64,000 bases of DNA from Nitrospirota bacterium (GCA_040758355.1 JBFLWF010000002.1:64001-128000); one strand, 5' to 3'. Shown: positions 41,285 through 50,778, counted from the stretch's first letter. Notes: generated by a model not told the origin, from the sequence alone. Made by a program: numbers and translations.

Positions 41285-41752
41285 ATGAAACGGTACATAT
41301 TAATCAGTGCCTTGCTTGTAATTATTTTATTTGGCACGGCGAATAACGTCTTTTCACAGGTAAAGATGCAAAAGGGACAAACGGTATATGTTCCTGCATA
41401 CTCGCATGTATTCAGAGGCGACAATGCTATAGAGTACAATCTTGCTATCACCTTAATGATCCGTAATACTGATTTTAAGAACGCGATCACGGTTAAGGCA
41501 GTGGAATATTACGACGATGACGGGAAACTGGTAAAAAAAATGATAGACAAGCCTGTTAAGATAGGGCCTATGGCATCGGCCTCATTCTTTATAAAAGAAA
41601 GCGATACAAGCGGCGGTGTAGGTGCTAATTTCATAGTCAAATGGGAATCTGAAAAAGCGATAAATGTTCCTATAATTGAGGCGGTGATGGTCGGAATTCG
41701 TTTGAATCAAGGCATAGTGTTTATAAGTCCGGGGCAGGTAATCAGAGAATAA
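41285..41752 (+). CDS. DUF3124-family exported protein
   Basis: GQTVYVPAYSH; IRNTD; GGVGANFIVKW. Confidence 0.82.
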   Translation: MKRYILISALLVIILFGTANNVFSQVKMQKGQTVYVPAYSHVFRGDNAIEYNLAITLMIRNTDFKNAITVKAVEYYDDDGKLVKKMIDKPVKIGPMASASFFIKESDTSGGVGANFIVKWESEKAINVPIIEAVMVGIRLNQGIVFISPGQVIRE

Positions 41753-43764
41753 TGGAATTAGAATTTTTAAAATCGCTGGTCTTAATCTTTGGCGTCTCGG
41801 CCATAGTGGTATTTGCACTTGGAAGGCTGAGGATTCCATCTGTTGTCGGTTTTCTTGTCGCCGGAGTAATCTTGGGGCCTCACGGATTTCAGTTCATCAA
41901 AGATGTCCACGATGTTGAACTCCTTGCAGAAATCGGCGTTATACTGCTTATGTTCACCATCGGACTCGAGTTTTCCTTGAAAAACCTCATGACCCTCCGC
42001 TCTCAGGTCCTGGGCGGAGGGCTTCTTCAGGTGGCATTGACCACAGGTTCGATTGCGGTTTTGAGTTTTTTCTTTTTTAAACAGGGGCTGAATGTGGCTG
42101 TATTCGACGGGTTCCTGGTGGCTCTGAGCAGTACGGCAATAGTCATCAAGCTGCTGATGGACAGGGCTGAAATCAATGCGCCGTACGGACGATCTTCGGT
42201 CGGGATACTCATATTTCAGGACTTATGCGTAGTGCCTTTCATGCTTCTTATCCCGGTGCTCGCTGGCAACAGCGGGGGAATGGAAGAGATTGCATTTACG
42301 ATGCTCAAGGCCTTTATGGTGGTAGGCATAGTGCTTTTTGCCGCAAGATGGGCTGTCCCGCATATCCTGCATGAAGTGGTAAAGACCAGAAGCCGTGAAC
42401 TCTTTGTCATTACTATAATATTGCTCTGTATAGGCACCGCTTTTCTCACATCTAAACTCGGACTTTCCCTTGCCCTCGGAGCATTTCTTGCCGGGATCGT
42501 GATATCCGAGTCCGAATACGCATCGCAGGCAATATCGGATATATTGCCCTTTAAAGAGAGCTTTACAGGATTGTTTTTTATATCCGTCGGCATGTTGATG
42601 AACATAGAGTTTCTATCTGCAAATTTTGCGATGGTAATTACCGTGGTCTTTGCTATCCTGATTCTGAAATCCATTACCGGAATGGTATCCTCGTATATCG
42701 CCGGGCAGTCGTTAAGGGTCTCGATGCAGACAGGATTTTATATTTCACAGATAGGCGAGTTTTCTTTTGTGCTTGCTGTAGCTGGAAAGGCTGCCGGCCT
42801 TCTGACGGAATACGCCTATCAGATGTTTCTTTCGTCTTCCGTGCTGACAATGCTTTTTACGCCCTTTATTGCAGGCGTCTCGCCATCGGTATCTGCATGG
42901 CTTGTTTCAAAACCGATGCTGAAGCGGCTGGAACAGATGAAAAGGAGCAGGGAAAAGGAGTTGTATCCGGCAAAGAAATCCGGGCATGTAATAATAGTGG
43001 GTTTCGGTGTTAATGGCAGCAATCTTGCGAGGGTCTTGAAGGAATCGGGCATTCCATATACTGTCCTTGAGATGAATGCAAATACGGTTAAAAAGATGAA
43101 AAAAAAGGGAGAACCGATATATTACGGCGACGGCACGAGTGCAGAAATACTGCATAAGATGGGCATTCACAGGGCAAGCGTACTTGTGGTTGCCATATCC
43201 GATCCTGCGGCCACACGCAGGATTGTGCAGATTGCAAGGCATGAGAATCCAGCGCTTCATATTATTGTGAGAACCAGATATGTCGCAGAGGTTGACGATC
43301 TTATAAAGCTCGGTGCAAATGAAGTAATTCCTGAAGAGTTTGAGACATCTGTAGAAATATTCTCAAGGGTGCTTCATCAATATCATATGCCGAGGAATGT
43401 GATAGCAGAACATATAGACGATATCAGAAAGAATAGTTACAGTGCCTTGAGGACGGTGGAACTGCCTAAAAAGCACCTCGCTGAAAGATATGAATTCCTA
43501 AAAGACATAGAGACAGAGACATATCTCATTAAGAAAGGCTCTCATATAAGCGGGCATTCCATTAAAGAACTGCATTTAAGGGCAGAGACAGGTGTAACAA
43601 TTATCGCTGTCCAGCGTGGAGATGAAGTCCATCAGAATCCATCACCTGACTTTATATTAAAATCAGGCGACGTGCTTTTGTTGATAGGCAAGAGGAAGGA
43701 TATTAACAATGCCATAGAATATCTTGAGTCAGATAAATTTTTAGTGGCAAAGTATCATAGATAA
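41752..43764 (+). CDS. CPA2/Kef-type cation:H+ antiporter with TrkA-N and TrkA-C domains
   Basis: AEIGVILLMFTIGLEFS; FQD; GEFSF; GFGVNG; YGDG. Confidence 0.9.
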   Translation: MELEFLKSLVLIFGVSAIVVFALGRLRIPSVVGFLVAGVILGPHGFQFIKDVHDVELLAEIGVILLMFTIGLEFSLKNLMTLRSQVLGGGLLQVALTTGSIAVLSFFFFKQGLNVAVFDGFLVALSSTAIVIKLLMDRAEINAPYGRSSVGILIFQDLCVVPFMLLIPVLAGNSGGMEEIAFTMLKAFMVVGIVLFAARWAVPHILHEVVKTRSRELFVITIILLCIGTAFLTSKLGLSLALGAFLAGIVISESEYASQAISDILPFKESFTGLFFISVGMLMNIEFLSANFAMVITVVFAILILKSITGMVSSYIAGQSLRVSMQTGFYISQIGEFSFVLAVAGKAAGLLTEYAYQMFLSSSVLTMLFTPFIAGVSPSVSAWLVSKPMLKRLEQMKRSREKELYPAKKSGHVIIVGFGVNGSNLARVLKESGIPYTVLEMNANTVKKMKKKGEPIYYGDGTSAEILHKMGIHRASVLVVAISDPAATRRIVQIARHENPALHIIVRTRYVAEVDDLIKLGANEVIPEEFETSVEIFSRVLHQYHMPRNVIAEHIDDIRKNSYSALRTVELPKKHLAERYEFLKDIETETYLIKKGSHISGHSIKELHLRAETGVTIIAVQRGDEVHQNPSPDFILKSGDVLLLIGKRKDINNAIEYLESDKFLVAKYHR

Positions 43765-43774
43765 AGGAGGTCTG

Positions 43775-44785
43775 ATGCTTCTCTGGATTGCATTTATAAT
43801 CTGCACATCTATAATCGTCTATGCAGGCACGAGGCTTTCGAAGTACGGAGATATTATTGCTGAAAAGACAGGCCTCGGAAGGACATGGGTAGGCGTTGTT
43901 CTCATGGCATCCGTCACATCCCTCCCTGAGCTCGTCACAGGAATAAGCTCTGTTACCTATGCAAATGTTCCAGATATTGCAGTCGGCGATGTGCTCGGAA
44001 GTTGTGTGTTCAATATGCTTATCATTTCTTTTCTCGATGCAATGCATCGTCCAACGCCAATATCGTCAAGGGCGCATCATGGACATGTGCTTTCTGCCGG
44101 TTTCGGAATACTGCTTCTGGGCATAGCTGCCATAGGTCTGTTTTTTGGGAACCGCATCCTTCCACCCGGCTGGCCTAAAATATGGATAGGGCCTTATACT
44201 TTGTTTTTCGTGGTTATATATTTTATTGCCATGAGATTAGTCTATTTTTATGAAAAAAGGCAGATTTCTGCATTCGTAAAGGAAATAGCGATTGAATTGA
44301 AATACGAAAAAGTCCCGACTAAGACAGCCGTTGTCAATTACATTGTCAATGCACTATTTGTTATAACTGCTGCTATCTTCTTGCCGAAGATCGGCGAAGG
44401 CATTGCAGAGGCAACAGGTTTAGGACAGACCTTTGTTGGGAATATTTTTATAGCAGTTTCCACTTCTCTTCCGGAAGTAGTAGTCTCTATTGCTGCCGTA
44501 AAGATAGGCGCAATAGACCTTGCAATCGGGAATCTATTCGGAAGCAATATATTCAACATATTCATACTCGCCCTCGATGATATCTTTTTTGTCAAAGGCC
44601 CTCTCCTTTCGTTCGCCAGTCAGAACCACATAATCTCTGCCTTATCAGCCATTGCCATGACAACTATCGCAATCATCGGTTTAACTTACCGCACAGAGAA
44701 AAAGCCGTTGCTTTTAGCATGGGACTCCATAGGGATATTGCTGATGTATGTGATAAATCTGATGCTGTTGTATATGATGAGATAA
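43775..44785 (+). CDS. Na+/Ca2+ exchanger-family (YrbG-like) membrane protein
   Basis: Two TSLPE motifs; GSCVFN and GSNIFN. Confidence 0.85.
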   Translation: MLLWIAFIICTSIIVYAGTRLSKYGDIIAEKTGLGRTWVGVVLMASVTSLPELVTGISSVTYANVPDIAVGDVLGSCVFNMLIISFLDAMHRPTPISSRAHHGHVLSAGFGILLLGIAAIGLFFGNRILPPGWPKIWIGPYTLFFVVIYFIAMRLVYFYEKRQISAFVKEIAIELKYEKVPTKTAVVNYIVNALFVITAAIFLPKIGEGIAEATGLGQTFVGNIFIAVSTSLPEVVVSIAAVKIGAIDLAIGNLFGSNIFNIFILALDDIFFVKGPLLSFASQNHIISALSAIAMTTIAIIGLTYRTEKKPLLLAWDSIGILLMYVINLMLLYMMR

Positions 44786-44947
44786 CTGGCAAATATCCGG
44801 CTGCAAAGGTGTATATTCCGCGCTTTTTAAAGGTTAAAGAACAAAGGTTTTTACATGACTTTTTAAGCCATTAATGATAAGATAAAGACTGTAAAACTTA
44901 ATAAAAACAGGCAGTATAAGCTTTTAGCTCAATACTGGAGGTGTGTT

Positions 44948-45187
44948 ATGAAGACTTTCGATTTTACCGTAGTAGTCTGGAGAGAAAAAGAGGGATATGT
45001 TTCAAAATGCCCTGAATTAGGAGTGGCAAGCTGTGGGGACAGCATATCTGAGGCTACCTCTAATCTGAAGGAGGCGGTTGAGTTATATATTGAAAATGCA
45101 GAAGCTCTTGGAATGATGGAAGACATTGAAGAAAGCCTCACAAGTAAGGAAAAGTTTACCTCTCATCTTGAAGTAACCTATGCCTAA
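44948..45187 (+). CDS. hicB: Short HicB-family antitoxin
   Basis: YVSKCPELGVASCGDSISEATSNLKEAVELY. Confidence 0.85.
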   Translation: MKTFDFTVVVWREKEGYVSKCPELGVASCGDSISEATSNLKEAVELYIENAEALGMMEDIEESLTSKEKFTSHLEVTYA

Positions 45188-45419
45188 ACTGCCTGTTGTC
45201 TCCTCCAGACAGATAATCAGGGTATTGCAGAAGATGGGCTTTCAAAATGCACCCAAAAGAGGAAAGGGCAGCCACCTCGCCTTTGTAAAGACAGAGACCG
45301 ATAGAACCCGCCTTGTTATAGTCCCTGACAGAAACGAAATCCCTAAAGGAACGCTCCTTGCCATATTGGAACAGGCGGGACTTACAAAAGATGAGTTTAT
45401 AAGACTACTGAATGAGTAA
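45180..45419 (+). CDS. hicA: HicA-family toxin
   Basis: MPKLP...LQKMGF...KGSH; GTLLAILEQAG. Confidence 0.87.
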   Translation: MPKLPVVSSRQIIRVLQKMGFQNAPKRGKGSHLAFVKTETDRTRLVIVPDRNEIPKGTLLAILEQAGLTKDEFIRLLNE

Positions 45420-45455
45420 GGAAATTTATGCCCAAAATTAACGAGGCGACGGATA

Positions 45456-45543
45456 CCCCTATCTTCCCTCTCCCCTTTTAATAACTCCCCCCAACCCCCT
45501 CTTAATTTAAGAGGGGGCGAGGGGGAGTTAGGGTGAGGGGGAG
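45456..45543. repeat. Nested GC-skewed palindromic (REP-like) element
   Basis: taactccccc..ccccctcttaa-t-ttaagaggggg..gggggagtta inside ccctctcccc..gggtgagggg. Confidence 0.7.
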
Positions 45544-45632
45544 TAATTTTCAGCAGATTGGTTGAAAATAAATAACTTTTCCTGAGAAATAATTTATAAT
45601 TATGGCAAGTCTTATGCGGAATGAGGAGGGGC

Positions 45633-46724
45633 ATGGCAAAGAGGGGAAAAGCTAAAAGCTCTGTCAATATAGCAAAGTCTAAGCCTGAAAAATACAAGCC
45701 GGTAGAATCAATATACAGCCAAATCAGAGATATTCTTGAAACAGCGAGAAATAATGCCTATCGCGCCGTAAATTTTGCGATGGTTCAGGCATACTGGAAC
45801 ATCGGCAGGGTCATTGTGGAGGAAGAACAAAAAGGCAGGGCAAAGGCAGAATACGGAGAGTATCTGATTAAAGAATTGGCGGAGCGTTTGAAGAGGGAAT
45901 TTGGAAGAGGTTTTGATTATTCAAATGTCAAAAATATGCGTCAGTTCTATCTGACTTTCCCAATTGGCGACGCACTGCGTAGCCAATTGAATTGGACGCA
46001 TTATCGGTTACTGATGCGTGTTGAGAAGGAGTCGGCAAGAAATTTTTATATTGACGAGTGTATATCTGGCAACTGGTCTACCCGCCAGCTTGAACGGCAG
46101 ATAAATTCTTTCTATTATGAACGGCTCCTTGCAAGCCGAGACAAAAAACCAGTCAGAGCCGAAATACAAAAGCTTGAGCCGGGTCCAGAGCCTAAAGATA
46201 TTATAAAAGACCCCTATGTCCTTGAATTCCTCAATATAAAAGAAAGCAAAAAACACCTTGAGACAGACCTTGAACAAGGGCTGATAGACAAGCTTCATGA
46301 TTTTCTTCTTGAACTCGGCAAGGGTTTTTCATTTGTTGCCCGTCAGAAAAGAATAACCATTGAAGACGACCATTATTATATTGACCTTGTTTTCTACAAT
46401 TATATTCTGAAATGCTTTGTTGTAATTGATTTGAAGGTCGGCAAACTGACCCATCAGGACATCGGGCAGATGGACTTTTATGTTCGCTACTTTGAGAAAG
46501 AAGTCAGACAGCCTGAAGATAATCCTACAATAGGACTGATTCTTTGCGCCCAGAAAAACGAGGCAATGGCAAAATATACTCTGCTAAATAACAGCAAGAC
46601 GATATTTGCGTCAAAATATAAGCTCTACCTGCCTACTGAGAAAGAATTGAAAGAAGAACTTGAGCGTGAGAAAAGGATGATTGAAATGGAGTTGAAATTG
46701 TCAAAATCCAAAGGCAGGAAATAA
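45633..46724 (+). CDS. YhcG/DUF1016 PD-(D/E)xK nuclease-family protein 1
   Basis: YWNIGR; WTHY; KDPYVLEFL; LELGKGFSFVARQ; IDLVFY; DLK; GQMDFY. Confidence 0.9.
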   Translation: MAKRGKAKSSVNIAKSKPEKYKPVESIYSQIRDILETARNNAYRAVNFAMVQAYWNIGRVIVEEEQKGRAKAEYGEYLIKELAERLKREFGRGFDYSNVKNMRQFYLTFPIGDALRSQLNWTHYRLLMRVEKESARNFYIDECISGNWSTRQLERQINSFYYERLLASRDKKPVRAEIQKLEPGPEPKDIIKDPYVLEFLNIKESKKHLETDLEQGLIDKLHDFLLELGKGFSFVARQKRITIEDDHYYIDLVFYNYILKCFVVIDLKVGKLTHQDIGQMDFYVRYFEKEVRQPEDNPTIGLILCAQKNEAMAKYTLLNNSKTIFASKYKLYLPTEKELKEELEREKRMIEMELKLSKSKGRK

Positions 46725-46738
46725 GGTGTTCGGATAAA

Positions 46739-46849
46739 ATGCCTAAGACAAACGAGGCGACATCAACGGATTTAAAGGTAATTGAAAGGCTTCAGCAGAT
46801 TGGCTGGAAGCAAGAAGACAGGCTATTTTATCAGCACAATGGGTTATAA
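46739..46849 (+). pseudogene. 5' fragment of a restriction-enzyme-like gene (HsdR_N-like start); best-preserved of three copies
   Basis: MPKTNEATSTDLKVIERLQQIGWKQEDRLFYQHNGL*; related copies start at 45428 and 47236. Confidence 0.55.
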
Positions 46850-46917
46850 TTATTCCATCGAATAAAAAACGGAGGATTAAGGATGCCTGAGATAAGCAGT
46901 GAAGTAAGGAGGTCACA

Positions 46918-47202
46918 ATGTATTATGATGTTTTAGAGGCAAGGCATATTGAAGGGTACAAACTTGAGCTTGTCTTTGAAGATGGCAAGAAGGGGATTGT
47001 TGATTTGAGCGGGTATCCGCAGAAAGGCGGTGTTTTTAGCCGCTTGGCCGACATTGAATATTTTAAGCAGTTTTTCGTGAACAAAGAAATCGGAACATTG
47101 TGCTGGCCTGATGGTCTGGATATTGCTCCTGAAACACTTTATCATGAGGCAACAGGCGAACCTCTGCCCGCATGGATGAGACCAGAAAAAGCAGTGGCCT
47201 AA
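46918..47202 (+). CDS. DUF2442-family antitoxin-like protein, orphaned
   Basis: YKLELVFEDG...GTLCWPDGLDIAPETLY. Confidence 0.85.
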   Translation: MYYDVLEARHIEGYKLELVFEDGKKGIVDLSGYPQKGGVFSRLADIEYFKQFFVNKEIGTLCWPDGLDIAPETLYHEATGEPLPAWMRPEKAVA

Positions 47203-47369
47203 TCCGAAATGTTGAAAGAGAAATAAACGGAATTTATGCCCTGAACAAACGAGGTCACAGACACCGACTTGAAGATAATTAAAAGGTTGCAACAACTTGG
47301 GTAGAAGGGAAACATTTTCCCTGAAAATGCTCTATAATTATAACAATCTTTATGCAGGACAAGGAGTGT

Positions 47370-49886
47370 ATGGCAAGAGGGAGAAAGAAAAGCAAACCTG
47401 CCAATAGCAGTGTTGAAGCCTATCGGCACGAGGCTGACAAGCGGAAAAATGCTGTGCCTGTTGGTCTTGCATCTTATGATACTGCAAAGCCTAAGCCAAA
47501 GAAGTATGAATACGACCCGCATCTTGACCCTCAGCTAATATGGGCAGGCAAGGCAGAGCGCACATCCTTTGAAGCGCCTACGGTTTCGCTTCATATCCAT
47601 GAAAACATAGCACCAGAAGCTATAATCCGTTCAGTTAAAAGAGAAACCCCTCAGCCTGATTTATTTGCAAAGCCAGAGATGCCGTTAAAAGACCTTGTTG
47701 AGTTTTATCAGCACGACATGGACTGGACAAACAGGCTGATACTCGGCGATTCCCTGCTTGTGATGAACTCAATGCTTGAGCGGGAGATGCTCGCAGGCAA
47801 GGTGCAGTGCATATTTTTTGACCCTCCCTATGGCGTGAAATTCTCCTCAAACTTTCAGCCTTCTGTCCGACAGAGAGATGTAAAAGACTCCGATGAATTC
47901 ATGGTGCGAGAGCCTGAGCAAATCAAGGCATACCGCGACACATGGGAACTCGGCATTCATTCATACCTTTCATATCTCAGAGACAGATTGCTTTTGAGCC
48001 GCGACCTCCTGACCGATTCAGGAAGCATCTTTGTCCAGATTTCAGATGAGAATGTGCATCATGTTAGGGAATTGATGGATGAGGTGTTTGGGAAAGAGAA
48101 TTTTGTGAACATCATAACATTTACGAAAACACGTTCTCTTGTATCTTCAGACGCATTAACTACTATAGCCGACTTTATATTATGGTATGCAAAAGACAAA
48201 GACCAGATAAAGATAAGAAAAATATTCAAATCTGGTTCTAATCAAGAGTTAATTTCTCATTATGAAGATGCAAAAGGGCATATATATACCAAAACAGAGG
48301 GCGAAAAAGTACTGCAAGAAAACCCAAATGCAAATCTGAAACCGTTCATGTCTGATAACCTGATACGAGCATTTAATCCAGAATTTGAATTTGAATTTCA
48401 AGGGAAAAAATATAGAGGGCAATATAGAACTAATCCAGAGGGAATGAAAAATCTCGCTGCTGCTAATAGGCTTTTTGTTTCAGGTAAGCAATTAAGATAT
48501 AAATTTTTTCTTTCTGATTATCCCGTTTCAACATTGAATACTATATGGGATGATGTAATCGGAGCAACAGATAAGGTTTATGTTGTTCAAACAAATGTTA
48601 AAGTTATAGAACGCTGTATCCTTATGACCACAGACCCGGGAGATTTGGTCTTTGACCCGACATGCGGGAGCGGGACAACCGCTTATGTTGCGGAGCAATG
48701 GGGAAGGCGATGGATAACATGCGATACATCAAGGGTTGCCCTTACCCTTGCGCGGCAAAGGCTGATGACCGCTGTTTATCCGTATTACAAACTTGCTGAT
48801 GAGGAGATGGGCGTAAAGGGCGGATTTATCTATGAGGAAGTGCCTCATATTACCTTAAAATCTATTGCGAACAATGAACCGTCTGATAAAGAAATCCTCT
48901 TTGATAAGCCTGAAGTTGACAGAAAGAGAATCAGGGTTGCTGGACCCTTTACGGTTGAAGGAATACCGCAGCACTCAATACTTGATTTTGAAGATGCGAA
49001 TTATGAGACTGAAACGGCTGTCATTGCGAGGGACGAAGTCCCGAAGCAATCTCGGTTCGGGGCAGTCTCCGCAATCTCAAGGCGCGAGATTCCTCGCTAC
49101 GCTCGGAATGACACAATCAGGGTTGAGGCTGAAAACCACATCCATACCCTCATAGAGCTTTTCCGCAAAGACGGCGTAACATTCCCCGGCAACAAAAAGA
49201 TGAAGTTTGAAAACCTGATTCCTGTCCACATTGGCTTTATTCATGCCGAAGGAGAGCCGGTTGAAAAGAACGGGGTTAAGAAGGTTGCCGTGTCTTTCGG
49301 TCCCCCGCATGGGCCTGTTACAGTCAGGCAGGTTCAAGATGGAATTCATGACGCTTACCTCAGCGGATATGACGCGATAATCTTCTGCGGTTTTGCATTT
49401 GACGCTGCTGCGCAGGATGTGAGGCATCCAAAAATCAAGGTCTTCTATTCCCACATCCGCCCGGATGTCCTGATGGGAGACTTGCTGAAAACCACAGCCG
49501 CAAGCCAGTTGTTCACAGTATTTGGCGAGCCTGATATTGAGATAAAGAAACACAAAGACGAATATGAGGTTATCCTCAGAGGCGTTGACATTTATGACCC
49601 TTTGACAGGAGAGGTGTATTCAGACAATGGCAGTAAAATCGCCGCATGGTTTATTGACACAGATTACGACAAGCGCACCTTCTGCGTATCACAGGCATTC
49701 TTCCCTGACTCCACAGCATGGGATAAATTAAAGAGGGCTTTAAAGGCATCTATTGACGAAGAAAAATTTGAACTCCTCACCAGCTCCCGCTCACTGCCTT
49801 TCAAGCTCGGCAAAGAAAACCGCATCGCCGTCAAAGTCATTGACCATAGAGGCAATGAGGTGATGGTGGTGAGGGAAATGGGGTGA
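47370..49886 (+). CDS. mod: Type III restriction-modification N6-adenine methyltransferase (Mod)
   Basis: DPPY followed by DPTCGSGTT (beta order); RLILGDSL; YLRDRL; start 47370 after AAGGAG. Confidence 0.9.
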   Translation: MARGRKKSKPANSSVEAYRHEADKRKNAVPVGLASYDTAKPKPKKYEYDPHLDPQLIWAGKAERTSFEAPTVSLHIHENIAPEAIIRSVKRETPQPDLFAKPEMPLKDLVEFYQHDMDWTNRLILGDSLLVMNSMLEREMLAGKVQCIFFDPPYGVKFSSNFQPSVRQRDVKDSDEFMVREPEQIKAYRDTWELGIHSYLSYLRDRLLLSRDLLTDSGSIFVQISDENVHHVRELMDEVFGKENFVNIITFTKTRSLVSSDALTTIADFILWYAKDKDQIKIRKIFKSGSNQELISHYEDAKGHIYTKTEGEKVLQENPNANLKPFMSDNLIRAFNPEFEFEFQGKKYRGQYRTNPEGMKNLAAANRLFVSGKQLRYKFFLSDYPVSTLNTIWDDVIGATDKVYVVQTNVKVIERCILMTTDPGDLVFDPTCGSGTTAYVAEQWGRRWITCDTSRVALTLARQRLMTAVYPYYKLADEEMGVKGGFIYEEVPHITLKSIANNEPSDKEILFDKPEVDRKRIRVAGPFTVEGIPQHSILDFEDANYETETAVIARDEVPKQSRFGAVSAISRREIPRYARNDTIRVEAENHIHTLIELFRKDGVTFPGNKKMKFENLIPVHIGFIHAEGEPVEKNGVKKVAVSFGPPHGPVTVRQVQDGIHDAYLSGYDAIIFCGFAFDAAAQDVRHPKIKVFYSHIRPDVLMGDLLKTTAASQLFTVFGEPDIEIKKHKDEYEVILRGVDIYDPLTGEVYSDNGSKIAAWFIDTDYDKRTFCVSQAFFPDSTAWDKLKRALKASIDEEKFELLTSSRSLPFKLGKENRIAVKVIDHRGNEVMVVREMG
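49020..49112. repeat. 93-bp RPE-like palindromic element inserted in frame in mod
   Basis: GTCATTGCGAG...GCAATCTC...GAGATTCC...CTCGGAATGAC; 31 codons. Confidence 0.8.
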
Positions 49887-49889
49887 GTA

Positions 49890-50768
49890 ATGAACAACTC
49901 TTTCTTTTCATCAGCACAAGCTGATGATCCCTTCTATAATCGTATCCGGAATAATTTTAACCCGGATTATAATGGTGCTCGTGATTTTGTTGAGGCAATG
50001 TGGCAGAAATATGAAGCCTATGCAGAACCAGATTTCTTAGATAATGCCATGAAAGATTTTCATGCAAAGTCATGGGAAATGTATCTTGGCTGTCTTTTTA
50101 AAAATTACGGGTTCGATCTTCAGAAGAAAACAAAAAAGGAAGGACCTGATTTACATCTGAGGCGGAATAACCGTTCAATATGGGTTGAAGCAACAGCACC
50201 AGAATCGGGAACCGGTGCGAATGCCGTGCCCGATTATAGGTTTGGCGAAGTCTCAGACCAGCCGGTTGAGCAAATCATTCTTCGCTTAACATCTGCGATA
50301 CAGGAGAAGTTTAAAAAGCATAAAGGGTATATAGGTAAGAGCACCATTAAACCAGATGATTTTTTTGTAATCGCAATCAATGGGGGAAGAATTCGCCATG
50401 CTATTTTAGAACAGGATATACCTTACATAGTTAAAAGCGTATTGCCTTTTGGCAATTTAGTGCTGACCCTTCGTAAAGACCCACTGGAGATTGTCAATTC
50501 TAATTATGAATATAGAGATACTATCTCAACAGCAAAAGGCAGCCCTGTAGCGACCAATATTTTTGAAAATAAAGATTACGCAGGAATCAGTGCCGTTCTT
50601 TACTCATGGATGAATATTGTTAGTCGTCCAAATAAAATCGGCGTTGAAGTACATTTAGTACACAATCCACTTGCAGATAATAAGCTGCCACTTGGCATAT
50701 TTCCTTTTGGAACAGAATGGTGGATAGAAGGCGATGAATTAATCCGAAAGAGTTATGCAGTGGTATGA
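49890..50768 (+). CDS. Hypothetical protein, possible restriction-endonuclease-like fold
   Basis: WEMYLG...GPDLHL...WVEAT resembles E...PD...(D/E)xK with Thr for Lys; lies between mod and res. Confidence 0.5.
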   Translation: MNNSFFSSAQADDPFYNRIRNNFNPDYNGARDFVEAMWQKYEAYAEPDFLDNAMKDFHAKSWEMYLGCLFKNYGFDLQKKTKKEGPDLHLRRNNRSIWVEATAPESGTGANAVPDYRFGEVSDQPVEQIILRLTSAIQEKFKKHKGYIGKSTIKPDDFFVIAINGGRIRHAILEQDIPYIVKSVLPFGNLVLTLRKDPLEIVNSNYEYRDTISTAKGSPVATNIFENKDYAGISAVLYSWMNIVSRPNKIGVEVHLVHNPLADNKLPLGIFPFGTEWWIEGDELIRKSYAVV

Positions 50769-50778
50769 GAATAAACCT

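Noticed and set aside
45421..47400. Classical integron attC cassettes
   Set aside because: The repeated units are gene-start and promoter fragments, not attC hairpins, and no intI is present
47370..49886. Phase-variable mod (phasevarion)
   Set aside because: No simple-sequence repeat tract in the 5' coding region; only an AT-rich central target-recognition segment, which is normal
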